Below are positions 50,533-63,720 of a DNA stretch of 64,000 bases, piece by piece. The stretch is from Ostrea edulis (Eukaryota): assembly GCF_947568905.1 (NCBI RefSeq), contig NC_079170.1, positions 43,090,001-43,154,000 on the forward strand. Direction: 5' to 3'. The stretch's first letter is position 1; every line of letters begins with the position of its first letter. The notes under the pieces were generated by a model. The model saw only the letters and a program-made list of their open reading frames with translations, ran no database searches and was not told where the DNA came from. The translations under genes were made by a program, and so were the position numbers.

Positions 50533-52309
50533 TCATGGAGACCCTTAACGCACTTTGAAAAAAAAAAATATATGTAGCACAAAATTTCCGGAACTTTAAT
50601 TTTAATTAGTAGAGGGAATAATCAAGTGTGGTATTTCTTCATCAATAAAGATATTACAAAATCGATAAGTGATTATGACGTCATACAGCATGTGCACTGA
50701 GTGTATTAAAGTCGCGTCCGTCAGTCATTGACTTCCCTTCGATTACAGTAAATGAAAGTTTGATCATAGATTCCAGGTTTCTTTTTCTTTAGTAAATCAC
50801 TTTCAAAGTTTTAATTTGGTCATACCTTTACAATAGCAAGTCGAACTAACGATTTCATGATTTGAATTAGAATTTTAAGGAAATCTATATTCAAATGCAG
50901 GCGTTTAAATTCTAGTTTATTTGGGCCACAAAGGTAGAGTTTGTCAAATGGATATGCAAAGATCCTTGGGTAGCGTAGAATTCATGTAAATGTACACTGG
51001 AGGCAGACAAGGTGAATCACTTCTTCCATTTTCTCTGTCCCCCTCTCCAGCTTCCCTATTTCCATTCTTATTCTGCACCTCATCCTTTCTCCTTTACTTT
51101 TACCCATTGCCCTTATCATATCTTACCCTTCCAGGGCCCATTTTCCCACTTCTTTTCTAGCGTGTTTGCCCCACGTATATATAACATTTCCATGGCCAAT
51201 GATGTAAGAAATAGGAAGTTAAAAAGTTTTCTGTTCTGAGAGAGTTTTTTTTTATTTTTGGAAAGCTTTGTGTGCTTAAAAATTTATCTATTGTTCAATA
51301 ACCAACATCATAATGAATACAATATATTCTTTCGATAATTCATCCCGGTAGTTCAGAACGTAAACCACTCGTTTTACATGTGGAATGACTCTGAGTTCGA
51401 TCCCAGATCACGACAGATCAAGAACTCATGAAAGTGAGGGTTTCGGGTCTTTGAGAGACATCTCAGAAACCGAGGTCACTTGCCTTGGTAAGTGCTTGCA
51501 TGGCAAAGAACTCCTACAACTATAAGACCCCAAATGGCTAACAAAATTGGTGGTGCATCTTCTACAGCTTGTATATTTAAACTATTGTCAAAGTGACGTT
51601 AAACTAAAAAAGAATTCCAGCACAAATACAGAAAACTCACATAATCGCAAACATTACGGATTGTGCGTAAGAAATCTGATGGAAAATTCAGCGGGAAGCA
51701 ACTTTCACTTTTTCTTTCAAATCCAGGAATAATTGATCTAAAGTGATTAAAGCACGGAATTCACACCAAAACGTAACAGGAAATCTAACAAATGAACTAA
51801 AAATAACGCAATGCAGATTTTTATGAGAACATTTTCTGAAAACGGGTCTATAAGTCGACACGTTTAAAACGCAATCAATACACTCATACTGTTCTGTATT
51901 ATTTAGAGCTTTAACCAGACAATTCTACATTGAGGTAAGTTCTTGTGAGGCTTACTCTATCACAATAATGCAGACTATCGTTTCATAAACATTTCTGGAT
52001 ACCTCTGGCAATGCTAGGTACATATAGTTTTATTTAAGGCTGTTGAGAATATTGTGCTCTTGTTGAATATTCATCGGTCATGCAGTAGTATTTGTAACAC
52101 TAAATAACAACAAGTATCTATCAAAAACAATTTTGGTAATTTAATTTTGGGCGAATATTTTGGAATATCCTTTCATGATTTCATGTGTCTGAACATATTG
52201 TCTACGCTCTGATTAATCTAACTGATTATGATTCATAAGCATCACACACAACAGGTTTTATGCATAATAAAGGCTTATATTTTCAAACATTATATTAGAT
52301 ATATCCTCG

Positions 52310-52405
52310 ACACCTGGTGTGTCCAGGGGCCCGAGTTTTCTACTTTTAATTTTGCGTGCGTTATGCGATTTATGAGATTTATCACTGTTCGTTATATTCA
52401 CTTTT
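52310..52405 (+). mobile_element. Penelope-like 3' end fragment (copy c)
   Basis: CTGGTGTGTCCAGGGG...ATGAGATTTATCACTGTTCGTTAT. Confidence 0.6.
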
Positions 52406-52909
52406 TTATTTACAAAGATATTTTATATAATGGCTTCTTTTATCTTTATTTCGGAAAGAGAAAGATACTAATAGCTTATAAGCAAACCAAATATTAATAT
52501 TATGGCCTAATACGAATGGATTGTATCAGAATATCATGTTATGGGTCAGGGCATGTAGATCTTTATAACGGTAGATATCTTCACCATGTCACAGAACACT
52601 TTGATGTTATCATTTATCGTGTGCTTTATGGGACTGATAATACACATTGGTATTTAATATAAAACATTGCAGCCATTCATATTGATGAGAAAAACGGGAG
52701 CTCGTAAGTGAACGCTTGCTATCATTATATACAATATCAGATGAAATTCAAATCAATTATATTTTCTTTAATAGATGAGTTGATTTATGTTTAACTAAAT
52801 ATTTTAAACGTACATGTTTTGTCACCCAATTTGACTATGAAGTTTTTCTGAATGTGCATTTCTTTGCGATGGTGATCTTAGATTCATATCTTGCATTTTA
52901 TTACAGACA

Positions 52910-55900
52910 ATGGTAGTACACCCATTGTGCATTCAAGTGTTACTGCTATCAATTGTGGTGTTTACTGTAGGAAACCTGATTACTCAACGTGAGTTATGAA
53001 ATAAGGCAATCTCTAGTCTCTTTTGCAAAACTACATGTCTTTATTGATCAATGAATCAACAAAAACAGATTGTGTTTACTGTAGGAAAATTTATTCTCTA
53101 TCAGGCTATCAGGCTTCCATTCTCGACCTAAAACATTTAACGTATTTGGTTACGGATAACCCCGTTTACCTGATCAAGATGAAGGACAGACGACAGGTGT
53201 GACCGGTCAGTAGGGATGCTTACTCCTCCTAGGCATCTCATCCAACCTCTTGTATGTCGAGGGATCCGTGTTTGCCATACTCTTGGTTTGGTATTCTTTA
53301 CAGGATTTAAGAAATTGATCACAGTTCGTTATCTTCACTTTTTCATAGATAGCAAAAGCCAAGCACACGGCGATAAAAGTATAAGTCACGCTTCTTTCGG
53401 AAATGACTTTAAGAAATATAAAGAACTGTCATTTCTAAGGTTCTAAGCACCATGCTTAGGTCCAAAATCCGTGATACTTTACCAAATGCTCGGACGTCTC
53501 TATAGGTGTGAAAAATTCTCGAATGACACATCACACAAAAATGAAACAATGAACCTAAACAAGTCAGGAATAAGAAATGTAGATTGACTTTTCTGGTTCT
53601 ATACCTTACTAGTGGTGTCTGTATAGTTGAAAATGAGGACTTGAAGTCACTTATTTTAAAAAGTCCCAAATTCAGAGACCCCCCCCCCCACCGGTCTTTC
53701 CATAGGCGACAAGATTTCATCTCTGCTATGAATTCTGTAGAAGATTATGTTAGACGATGGGCTAAATATGAAAAAGAAAAACTTGATGAATTGTCAGAAC
53801 ATTAGGCCTTTTTTACACACTGATTTTTGACTACGGATTACTCCGTTCACATGATCCAAATATAAGACTCATGGCGGGTGTGACCGGCCGAAAGGTGGTG
53901 CCTACTCTTCTTAGGCACCGGATCCCACCTCTGGTGTGTCCTCAGATCTGTGTTTGCCCAACTCTTAATTTGGTATACTTTGTAGGATTTATAAGATTGT
54001 TCCCTGTTCGCTATCTTATATATATATGTTTGTTTTAAAGCGAAATGTCCACCTGGAAAACACGTGTTCACCAACTGCACCAACCCCTGCCTTTATAATG
54101 GATCAATCACTATTTGTGCGACCAAGCCAGATAGTCTGTGTGTTTCAGACTACTGCGGCGCATGTGTCACTCGATTCTATGACAATACCGGGAAGGAAGT
54201 TCACTGCGAATTAGGTATTTTTTCTAATCGGCTGTGGGTTAGTTGATTTTACTTGGAATTATGTATTTGTATATGAAAATGATGATCATTCATATCTATT
54301 TATGATCTATCTATCTATCTTTCTATCGTTCTTTCTTTCTTTTTTTCTATGTATTTGTTACGTCCTGCCCGAACCAAGAGTCGAATCGTCTGTATCAAAC
54401 TGTAGCCAGGAAACTCAGCAGATATGGAGATGAATAGAAAGTTACGAAGGAATTTAGCTCTATGGCCTCGGAAACACTTTATTCGTTTCTGATAATAATA
54501 CTTTATTGAGAGAAGGTGACCCGATCGTGCATCAAAGTATTCTTCCACTGGTTCTTCTATATTTCATATGATCCAACGTTTTACAAAGAACAATTGAAAG
54601 ATATAGATGGACAAAGTATTCTATACAATATTAGTACAGAAGGGGATGAAGAACGTTAATGAAAATACATAACAATAACCTAGGGACTACGAAAAAGACC
54701 TATATTAAGTCAAAGGGAAGAAATCCAGGATGATGAAGGTTTCTTATAATGAGTTATCCATATTATGTTTAAAAATTGCCAGCGATGGAGATTATATCAC
54801 ATTTAAAGGTAAATTATTTCAAAAGTGTACATTTTTGAAGTGAAAAGAATATTTAAAAGTATTTGTGAACAGTTTTAGTAACGAATATCCTAGTCATTCA
54901 ATTTTGATTTAGTATGTAAATATTAGAACTCTGTACTAAAGCAAGAAACATTTTGGAAACATAAAAGGATGCCCTAGTGTGACAATATTAAAAAGGATAA
55001 ACATTACATGTAGAATGTTTGTAATGAGAGTGAAAAATATGAGTTATTTACTAGTCAGAAGCAACCACCATATTACATTTGATCTCACAAAATACTGAGC
55101 AGATAACCATTTGATCCATGACCTTTGACCTTGTAACTCCAAAAACCAATGAGGGTCATCTGCTTTTGATGGGTAACCAATGCACGAAGTCTATCAAGGA
55201 AATGTTTGTTTAAGATAGATAGGTCACATAGAGTAGTTTGATCCTTGGTCTTTGACCATGTGACATCGAAATCAATATTGGTCATCTACGCCTTAGGTAG
55301 AACCAGTGTACCAGGTGTGATGCCTGTTAAGCAACGGGTTTTTGATATATTGAACAAACAACTCTTGGTCTACTGATCGTAATATTGACCGAACTATATA
55401 CTCAGTATCGACCGACAGATGTAAACCCATACGCCTCCTTTTTTCAAGGGGCATGTGGAAAAAACCTGAGAATATTCAGGGTTCATACAATAAAAAGTTG
55501 TGTACAGCAATTATTGTTGTACCATATATAAATGCGTTTCATACAACTATTGAGCACTTTCCCGAAGCAATGAGACCGTAGCTGATAATTGGGAAAATGT
55601 ATGCATTATAGAAAGGCTTTCTCGTATGTCCAGGGGTCCGTGTGTGCTCAATTCTTTATTTTGTATTCCTTGTGAGAGTTATGAGATTTATCACTGTTCG
55701 TTAATTTCACCTTTTATGATAGAAATTTCTAAATTCTATGTAATGTAAATGATTATGTAGATGTAATTATTATGTAATATTATGTAATGTAAATGATTCG
55801 AGAGCTTGAAGCACATGGAGCATTACGGAAGAACCTAACAACACTCTTGTTCAAGCGTGAATATGCCCAGTGGATGTAAAATTCAGTGTAATATCAAGGA

Positions 55901-57336
55901 TTCCATGTACAAGCTCTTGCAAACTGAATTTTGATCCAGCATACGAATACCTGTATGCCAATTGTATCTTGTCAACTCTAAGTCAACCACTTCGTCATTT
56001 TACTACCATGTTTTATTTAAATTCTTTCTATTGTTTTATCACTTTCTTTATAGCTCTTATAGGTCTTTTATTAGTATATTATCAATGATTATTAACACAA
56101 ACATTGTACAGCGCATAGAAACTATAGGTAATTTTGCGCTTTATAAATTGATACAATAATAATAATAATTATTATTATTATAATTCAAAGATTTTACGGA
56201 CTGGATGTGAATTTTCTGCAAGATTTGTACGACTCTATATGTCTAAGCATATGCACAATATATTAACTTTGGAGGTGTTGATAAGAGCTATTGAAAATCA
56301 GTAAAACCAGAGGATGCCTTGATGTCATCCAAATATTACTAACAATATTACTTATTACAATATACAAGTAGATAGTGTTGAGCCCAGTTGACGATCAGTT
56401 GAAATCAATTTGCACAAATTGGGGTACAGCAATTGTGTCTTTTCATTGCAATGGGACAACGATACATTGAAAAGGGAATTTTAAAAGAGTAATTCATTAT
56501 GAATAATTCCACAATAATATAAAAAGCGTTAAAAGATAAGCCAGTGCAGGAGCATTCTGTATTTACATGTACTTTATGTTTTATCATCATGAAATAATAC
56601 CCATATTTTTTATAGAAATGGCGAAAGATGTCATCGTCTATGTTAAAATTTTGTTGATTCGAGTTAAATGTTTTTTGTCATCTACGATTTATTTGTTGCA
56701 GAATCTGGTATCATATGTGAGCAGAAAACACATACTATCAGTTGCTCCAGTGGGCGAGTGATTTATGTGAAAGAAGCCAATTTCGGAAGGACATCCAAAG
56801 AGAGATGTCGACATCCCTACGATATCGAACGCCTTCATAACAGCACAACCTGTAGAGCCCCATCATCTCTTCAGGTCATGCAAAAGCTGTGTAATGGCCG
56901 CGTGAGTTGTGAGGTGACGGTGGAAAACGAAATGTTTGGGGCGGATCCATGCTATGGAATTTACAAATACCTGGAATTTGATTTCAAATGTGTCCTCAAA
57001 AGTAAGTAATTAACACCAATTGTAATTACTTGCCAATTTTCGAGAGGGTTATTTGTCGCTCGCGAAAATGGGTGAATAGTTATGATTGATTACACATACA
57101 TGTATATTTGTAGTTTTAACTTTATTTGGAACTTTAATTTTCTGCTTGATATGGATTCATCCAGTTCTGAGATATTCTTATCGTGTATTAGTGTAATAAT
57201 AGGCAATATTCGGACACAATAGAATTGATTCTTTTTTCTTCTTTCAGATGAAATCAATTCCAGTAAACGGAACATACCCGCAGTACCTATTGGTTTTCTG
57301 CTGTTGGCTTACAGTTTGTTGTACAGAAACCTTTAG
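52910..57336 (+). CDS. SUEL/rhamnose-binding (Gal_Lectin) domain protein with signal peptide, Cys-rich module and GPI-type C-terminus (~213 aa)
   Basis: Exons 52910-52988 (MVVHPLCIQVLLLSIVVFTVG...), 54041-54214 (KCPPG..NPC..C..C..DYCGAC..FY..G.EVHC), 56702-57001 (ICEQ...ANFGR...C...C.G..SC......FGADPCYGIYKYLE..FKC), 57248-57336 (EINSSKRNIPAVPIGFLLLAYSLLYRNL*). All introns phase 1, GT-AG. Possible 5' UTR donor at 51935. Confidence 0.85.
53139..53343 (+). mobile_element. Penelope-like 3' end (copy d)
   Basis: TACGGATAACCCCGTTTACCTGATCAAGAT...GGGATGCTTACTCCTCCTAGGCA...TTCGTTATCTTCAC. Confidence 0.65.
53814..54016 (+). mobile_element. Penelope-like 3' end (copy e)
   Basis: ACACTGATTTTTGACTACGGATTACTCCGTT...GGCGGGTGTGACCGG...GATCCCACCTCTGGTGTGTCC. 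Confidence 0.65.
55045..55445. mobile_element. Probable Helentron/HINE-type element with internal ~150-bp repeats
   Basis: Two TGACCTTTGACC..AAA(C/T)CAAT..GGTCATCT units and a terminal hairpin region; family from recall. Confidence 0.4.
55626..55715 (+). mobile_element. Penelope-like 3' end fragment (copy f)
   Basis: TGTCCAGGGGTCCGTGT...TATGAGATTTATCACTGTTCGTTAATTTCACC. Confidence 0.6.
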
Positions 57337-57709
57337 TGATCAAAAGTGGATAGAATAATGCATGTGAAAGAATGAATAAGACATTTTCTATTTATTTTTT
57401 TATGCAAATATTTGTCATACTCAAGTACATGTATATCATTGTAAAACAAAACATCGCTCGAACCTTGGACTTCTTAGATTTCGTATACACTGTCACGTGT
57501 ACTAAATGTTTTTAAAATTGATCGGAAATTATAATCCTTATGCAACTTTAATTCATTGGTTAAAAGAGTTCGAAATGTTTGTCTAAAAGGAGTGTACAGA
57601 ATTCCGCATTTATAAAATAACCTTTATAATGATATAGTGACATTGTCAGCCAAAATCTATAAAACATATACAGAGATAGAAATGTTGATACAGCCGCTTC
57701 TGGTTAATC

Positions 57710-57990
57710 ATACTCTTCTGACTCAGTCAAAAAGACCAGTAACAGGCACTCTACTGACTCAGTCAAAAGAACCAGTAACAGGTACTCTACTGACTCAGTC
57801 AAAAAGACCAGTAACAGGTACTCTACTGACTCAGTCAAAAAGATCAGTAACAGGTGCTCTACTGACTCAGTCAAAAGAACCAGTAACAGGCACTCTACTG
57901 ACTCAGTCAAAAAGATCAGTAACAAGTACTCTACTGACTCAGTCAAAAGAACTAGTAACAAGTACTCTACTGACTCAGTCAAAAAGATCA
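57710..57990. repeat. 36-bp minisatellite, 8 copies, each containing TGACTCA
   Basis: CTCTACTGACTCAGTCAAAAGAACCAGTAACAGGTA; TGACTCA at 57719 + 36n up to 57971. Confidence 0.95.
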
Positions 57991-58565
57991 ATAGCATTGA
58001 TAATGATACAGTAATTTATCTAATGTACACGTATTTCTGATTTTCGTTGCAATTTGATTGATTTTAATATAAGATATTATTACATGTACAAACAAATATA
58101 CTGGATGTAACTGACTGTAATGTCGTAACATCTAGATACATAATTCATGTGAATACCTACCACTTCATTACAATCATAACTGTTTGTTGTTAGATAAATG
58201 TATTTACTCATCCTACTAACGATCAACATCAATGTATATATACTTACTTTTAAATAAATACGAGTGAAGTGTTTGTGTGTTTGATTCAGATAGGCTTTGA
58301 TGCTTGTGTTAATTACAAAGATTAATGGTTTTCTCGAGTATCTACTTCTGTGTTTGATCATGAGCGCGTACTCTTGTCACGAGTACACCAACCTGTGAAT
58401 CGGCACAAACTTGTACATGTAAAACGTTCATACATAATGTAATGTAGAAAGGTGTTTGTTAAAGGCAAAATAATTACCAAACAAGACACCAAATACTTCT
58501 ATATCATTTACATGTATATGTATTATTATTCGGGTTTATAAAAACAATATTCTGGAAAATAACGG

Positions 58566-58950
58566 TGTTCTTCTGCGTATGATAATTTTTTCAATCGAGG
58601 CAGGTTACTGACAAACGAGTTAATGTTACTGTGATTTTAACAGTCTCGTTTATGATCAATATTTCGCAAATTTTATGGTCGTTATAACGGTCTAATTTAT
58701 CAGTTTAACCTTTAATTGGGCAAAATGCTGTCTGACATGTTTCATACCAATTGAGACTGTTCTTTCCACACTGATTTTGACTACGGATTAATACGTTTAC
58801 CCGATTAAGGTATAGGGCTCACGGCGGGTGTGACCGATCGACAGGGGATGATTATTCCTCCTAGGCACCTGATCCCACCTCCGGTATGCCCAGAGGTCTG
58901 TGTTTACCAAACTCTTAATTTTGTATTGCTTATGGGAGTCAAAAGATTGA
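58566..58950 (+). mobile_element. Penelope-like retroelement, longest 3' fragment (copy g)
   Basis: Decayed translation CSSAYDNFFNRGRLLTNELML...QSRL.SIFRKFYGRYNGL...LGKMLSDMFHT, resembling the C-terminal extension of Penelope-type RT, then the shared tail. Confidence 0.72.
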
Positions 58951-59190
58951 TCACTGTTCGCTATCTTCATATGTACATGTTATTGACATGACTGCAATCT
59001 TGTTTATCACAAGATTTATGAAATTATTACTTTACGGGGATGTTTGATGACGGAAGTGAAGCTTTAAACAATATCATATTTATAGATATCATCCTCGAAT
59101 ATTTTATCCACTTTCATTTGTGGTATGATCCATCAAAATTGTTTGGTGTTGATATTATATTCTCTCACGGTACCTGTGAACGTGTAATAT

Positions 59191-59300
59191 TATAGGATTA
59201 TTGAACTTATATTGGTGAATATTGGCACGAGTTGCCAAGCTCGTGCATTTTGACAGCCAACTAGTGTCAATATTCACCTATATAAGTTTAATAACCCTTT
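59191..59300. mobile_element. Short palindromic MITE
   Basis: TATAGGATTATTGAACTTATA..GGTGAATATTG / CAATATTCACC..TATAAGTTTAATAACC. Confidence 0.55.
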
Positions 59301-60410
59301 TATTATATAACTAAAGTATTTAGTTGTTAAATTATATCCCGTTTCACTCAAAATACTCCAAAATAGATAAGAATTAATCAATATTGGCATCTAAGGTGAA
59401 AGTGTGCAGTATCAGCATGTATTTCTTAACTGTTCAATATTAAACTCGTTATTGATGGATGAAGCAAATCGATTTTGTGAATGGGGACATCATAATTTAT
59501 GTACAGTATACATTTTGTTTAAGTAAATAAAATGAATATCAAATACCGGCTCTGTCAGATTCGGAGGACCGTCGTCTGCTATTTTGACTTGTTTATGTCG
59601 TTACGGTAAGGTCAATATTGAACGCTCATACTCGAAATGTTTCGGGTGCACACTATTTATGCAATGCAAAGTTAGCGTTCAATCAATTCTCAGGATATTG
59701 AACCTTAACATTCTTTAGATTTTACGCAGATTTTATAATAGACTATTTATTAGCTGTATAATAATATGGCATATGATACAGTGTGGGGAAGATAGTTAGA
59801 TTCTATAAAAAAGTTCTTTACTACGATGTTTGATATTTGGGAAGCCAACATATTTTTGAGGACCCTTGTAACCATTCGTACGAAGTTGCGTTGTGTGGAA
59901 GGATCGAGCCAGCTGGGTTTGAACTGGGATTCTAAAGCAAGCAGTGACTGCTCTTGAATATAATCGTGCCATTTAAGAAATAAATTTCATGTTTGGAAAT
60001 ATGTTTACGCCGCCATACCCCATGAAGCGTGCAAGCCCTTTAAAGTACGCCGACATGAAGCGTTGCGGTTCACACCCTCAGGCATGCTCAAAAATGCAAT
60101 TTATTTCTTTAGACTTATATTCCACGTTTATGTTGAATGGAATTCCCAGACGTCAAAAGAGGTGTACTATATACATGTACAACACGATTCATACGCAAAT
60201 TATTTACAACTGCAGGGCTTTCAATAGGAAACGGCTAATACATGTATTATAATTTGTGAAGATATCAACGGCAAAAACATCGAAATTGTAAATATTATTG
60301 TACCTCATGTACAAAACCAGGCGACATCTAATTTACATTGTAACTATATACCAATTTAACAACGAGGAATTGATTACGATTTTATTCATTCAATAATTTA
60401 AAAGAAACCT

Positions 60411-61516
60411 TCACACTACATGTACTGATTCAGAGATCCACGCACGTCTATAATAGGTGAAAGCAAATACAGTGACAGATACGAGAGTGAAAGGAGCAAA
60501 TAAGGCAAAATAAGATTTAGTAGCCCAAACAATTCCAAAGGCAAAAAGACAGAGAAAACCTACGAAAACTAAAATCAATGAATATCGAAATGTTTTCTTT
60601 GTTTTATAACTGAAATTTGGTTGAACGTATTTAGTTGAACAAAGCGTTTCTCTTTCTGTGTCTTTGTCTTCGTCATTAAAGTCCTTGTACTGTAAATTTC
60701 CCGAAACGTTCTCATTCCTTTGGTTTGGTTTCCGACCATAGAACCATACAACTTGAATTACATTTACGTAATTAACGCTACTGGAAAAATAGGTCATCAC
60801 AACGTACTGAATTGGCATGACGAGACCGTATGTTGATAAAAAGTCTGTCATTTTTCCCACGGAGGCGATGGTAACCGACCTTGTAGATTGACCGGAAGTG
60901 GACCTTAATTTGAAGTTGAGGAAAACCTACGAGAAACAAATGCGTATATAGATCATAGCAAAATGCAATTGCAGATATATTGTATCAAAATTCATTTCTA
61001 TAACGTTTAATGTCGCATAGCAGTATTATATATCTTTACCTGTGGAAATGTCTCAATACACCACAGGCTAATGGCGATCCACTGAATGTAAGGGTACAAT
61101 TCCAGTCCCAGATTGAGAGAAATCAGCGTCGTCCACACACATAGACAGGTAATTAAATACGCGATTTTGTGTTTTTTGTTGTAGTGATCCCCATATATCC
61201 AAAACTGGACAAGAATGGTGAACTCCAAAATCGGCATATATATGGAGTTAATTTTTCCATATAGAGGGATTTCAGCGTATCCATAAACGAAGCAGAGGTT
61301 TATTAGTGATGCCGTGAAATTCGCAGTCCCCCACAGGACACTTAGACCGACTACAGACTTTTGGCGAAAATTCTTCCATACTTGCGGAAGCAGAACTAAG
61401 AACCATAGCGTGGTGCTACATAGACCACACACGTTAGCTCCCAGGCACGTCCACTCCGGCCACTCTGGACGGCAGTTTTTTAGCAGTGGATCATCGGACG
61501 TTTGGTTACGATACAT
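60411..61516 (-). CDS. PQ-loop repeat (SLC66/cystinosin-like) membrane transporter, ~330 aa
   Basis: Exons 61040-61516 and 60411-60926 (CAG|GTAAAG ... TCGTAG|GTT) in frame. Two PQ motifs (LLPQVWKNFRQKSVVGLS; TFPQVFLNFKLRSTSGQS) and multiple hydrophobic segments. Confidence 0.88.
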
Positions 61517-63183
61517 GGTGTTTACAATACGCTTGATTGTTCCGAGTAACTAAACTATCTCTACTTTCGTTTTTGATTTAATGTGTCAAGGGCACCCAGA
61601 CGGAGCAGCGCATGCACGACGTATACAATTTTCAAGCACCCCTACTTCATAAAGGAGTTCATACATCAATTGTTATTGCACATGGAATGGGATAAAACAT
61701 CTGAAGTGGGGGAGTATGACAGGATCCAAAATAGAACAAAGAAACAAGGAGGTGCGCGGATCAAGGAATTAATTTTTATTTTTCGATGTCAAACGGCTCT
61801 TGCGCCCACATTAATGTACGTGCTGCTGGTCAGTTATGCACAGAAAACTGTCTGTTCGTTGTGTGATAACACAACATGAACGCCTGTCATATAATGAAGG
61901 GTGTATCTTGTCAATGCACAACAAACAAGAAAGAGATGAAGATAAAGAACAATAATCAATAGCAAATCCTATAAAGATTACAAAATTGAGAGTAATAAAT
62001 CGGAGGTGATATTTAGAGGAGTTCACAAAACTGACTTTTTTATTTACATTCACCATATGGTCCTAATATGATTTACAAGCGTTCATGAAATGAGTTGGGT
62101 GAAAGGACAGTACTTTGCGAGTTATCATGGAGTCGGAAGAGAGACAATTTTAGTGTATTTCTTGACGTGATACGCTTTTACAAGGCGTTAAGATTGGATT
62201 CATAGCGTTTGAATACTTGATAGTGTATCTCTGAGTACTCGGTATTAATCTATGTATTTATATCACATTGAGGGAGTGTAAAACAATTTGGGAAGAGAAT
62301 GTGTATTTCTTCTAGTATTTTCATACCGATCTTTACGACTGATTACGAAAAACACATTCTGAAGAGCACATCATTTATTCTAAAATCAAGCAAATACATT
62401 GTCCTCCTCATCTACATATTTCATAAAGTTATTCAATGGCTAACGAACTATTTCACTTTCATCATTATCTAACAATGAACAATTATCTTGATTTAAATCG
62501 TTCAAAAGTGTTCAATGTTCTTTCTTTAAACATTACATACCTCAACTATCGAATATCTAACGTTTAAAATCACAAAAGTACAAAAAGGATTTTACTGAAT
62601 CTTTCCCCACTTTTCCAGCGTCATTTCGTTCTCCTGACCATGATTTCGATTCCTTTGAGTGAGTAGTACTGACCTCGCCAGGCACTATAAGTTATTCCCT
62701 GTGCGCGCTGTTCATTTTTTCCATGAAGATACAGTCCATTTGGATTACAAGCATGACATTTGTTGTACCACCACCCGCCTTTATATCGTACAGCACAGTT
62801 ATGGTCAGCACTATCATTATCCTGATCCCATGTTGAGAACATCATATCGTGAATTGTGTTTTCTGCGGTGAAGCAATCTCCTGGATATTATACAAGATGG
62901 GATCATAACCAGAAGTTACTGAATATATAAAAATTTTTATACAGATGCATTTGACTGACATAGTTTAGTACTGTTTTAAATTTGTTCAAAGTCGTATTTT
63001 TTGGCTACTTTAGAAGAAGAATAAGTGAGTTGAATTTATTGACAGATCTTTTTCCACACACAGGATGGTGCTAAATGACACTCTCACTGTATACAGTGTG
63101 AGCAGCTCTAAATGTGTTAACATTGTTCAAGTAATTCCATGCATTCTATATATAGCAAACTTAATTTAGTGTTTGATAATGAT

Positions 63184-63470
63184 GTATGTCGTCAATGCAA
63201 CCTATCATTGGGTCAAATGCTCTCTGACGTGTTTCATACCGATTGTTAAGCCGTTCTTGGCACACTGATTTTGACTTCGGATAACTCCGTTTACCTGAAC
63301 AGGATATAGGGTTCACGGCGGGTGTGACCAGTCGACAGGGGATGCTTACTCCTCCTAGGCACCTCATCCCACCTCTGGTGTGTCCAGGGGTTCGTGTTTG
63401 CCCAGCTATCTATTTTGTAATGCTTGTAGGAGTTATGAGATTGATCACTGTTCGTTATCTTCACCTTTCA
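63184..63470 (+). mobile_element. Penelope-like 3' end (copy h)
   Basis: CGTCAATGCAACCTATCATTGGGTCAAATGCTCTCTGACGTGTTTCATACC + full tail. Confidence 0.7.
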
Positions 63471-63551
63471 TGTTCTAGATACTGAGTAAATGCACATAGC
63501 ACAGAAGTTAAGGTATAATGTTTAACTGATACAGTTATATATAAAATGACA

Positions 63552-63720
63552 TAGGGTTCACGGCGGGTGTAACCTGTCGACAGGGGATGCCTATTCCTCC
63601 TAGGTACCTAATCCTACCTCTGGTATATCCAGGGATCCGTGTTTGTCACATTCTCTATTTTGTAACGTTTATAGAAGTTGTATTATGAGATTGATCACTG
63701 TTCGTTATCTTCACCTTTCT
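63552..63720 (+). mobile_element. Penelope-like 3' end (copy i)
   Basis: ATAGGGTTCACGGCGGGTGT...TATGAGATTGATCACTGTTCGTTATCTTCACCTTT. Confidence 0.65.

Noticed and set aside
54360-54760. Exon-like stretch inside the lectin intron
   Set aside because: Multiple stops in every frame and no usable phase-1 splice pair; flanking exons already join in frame.
57637-58014. 125-aa TLLTQSK-repeat ORF and its antisense
   Set aside because: Artefact of the 36-bp repeat downstream of the lectin stop codon.
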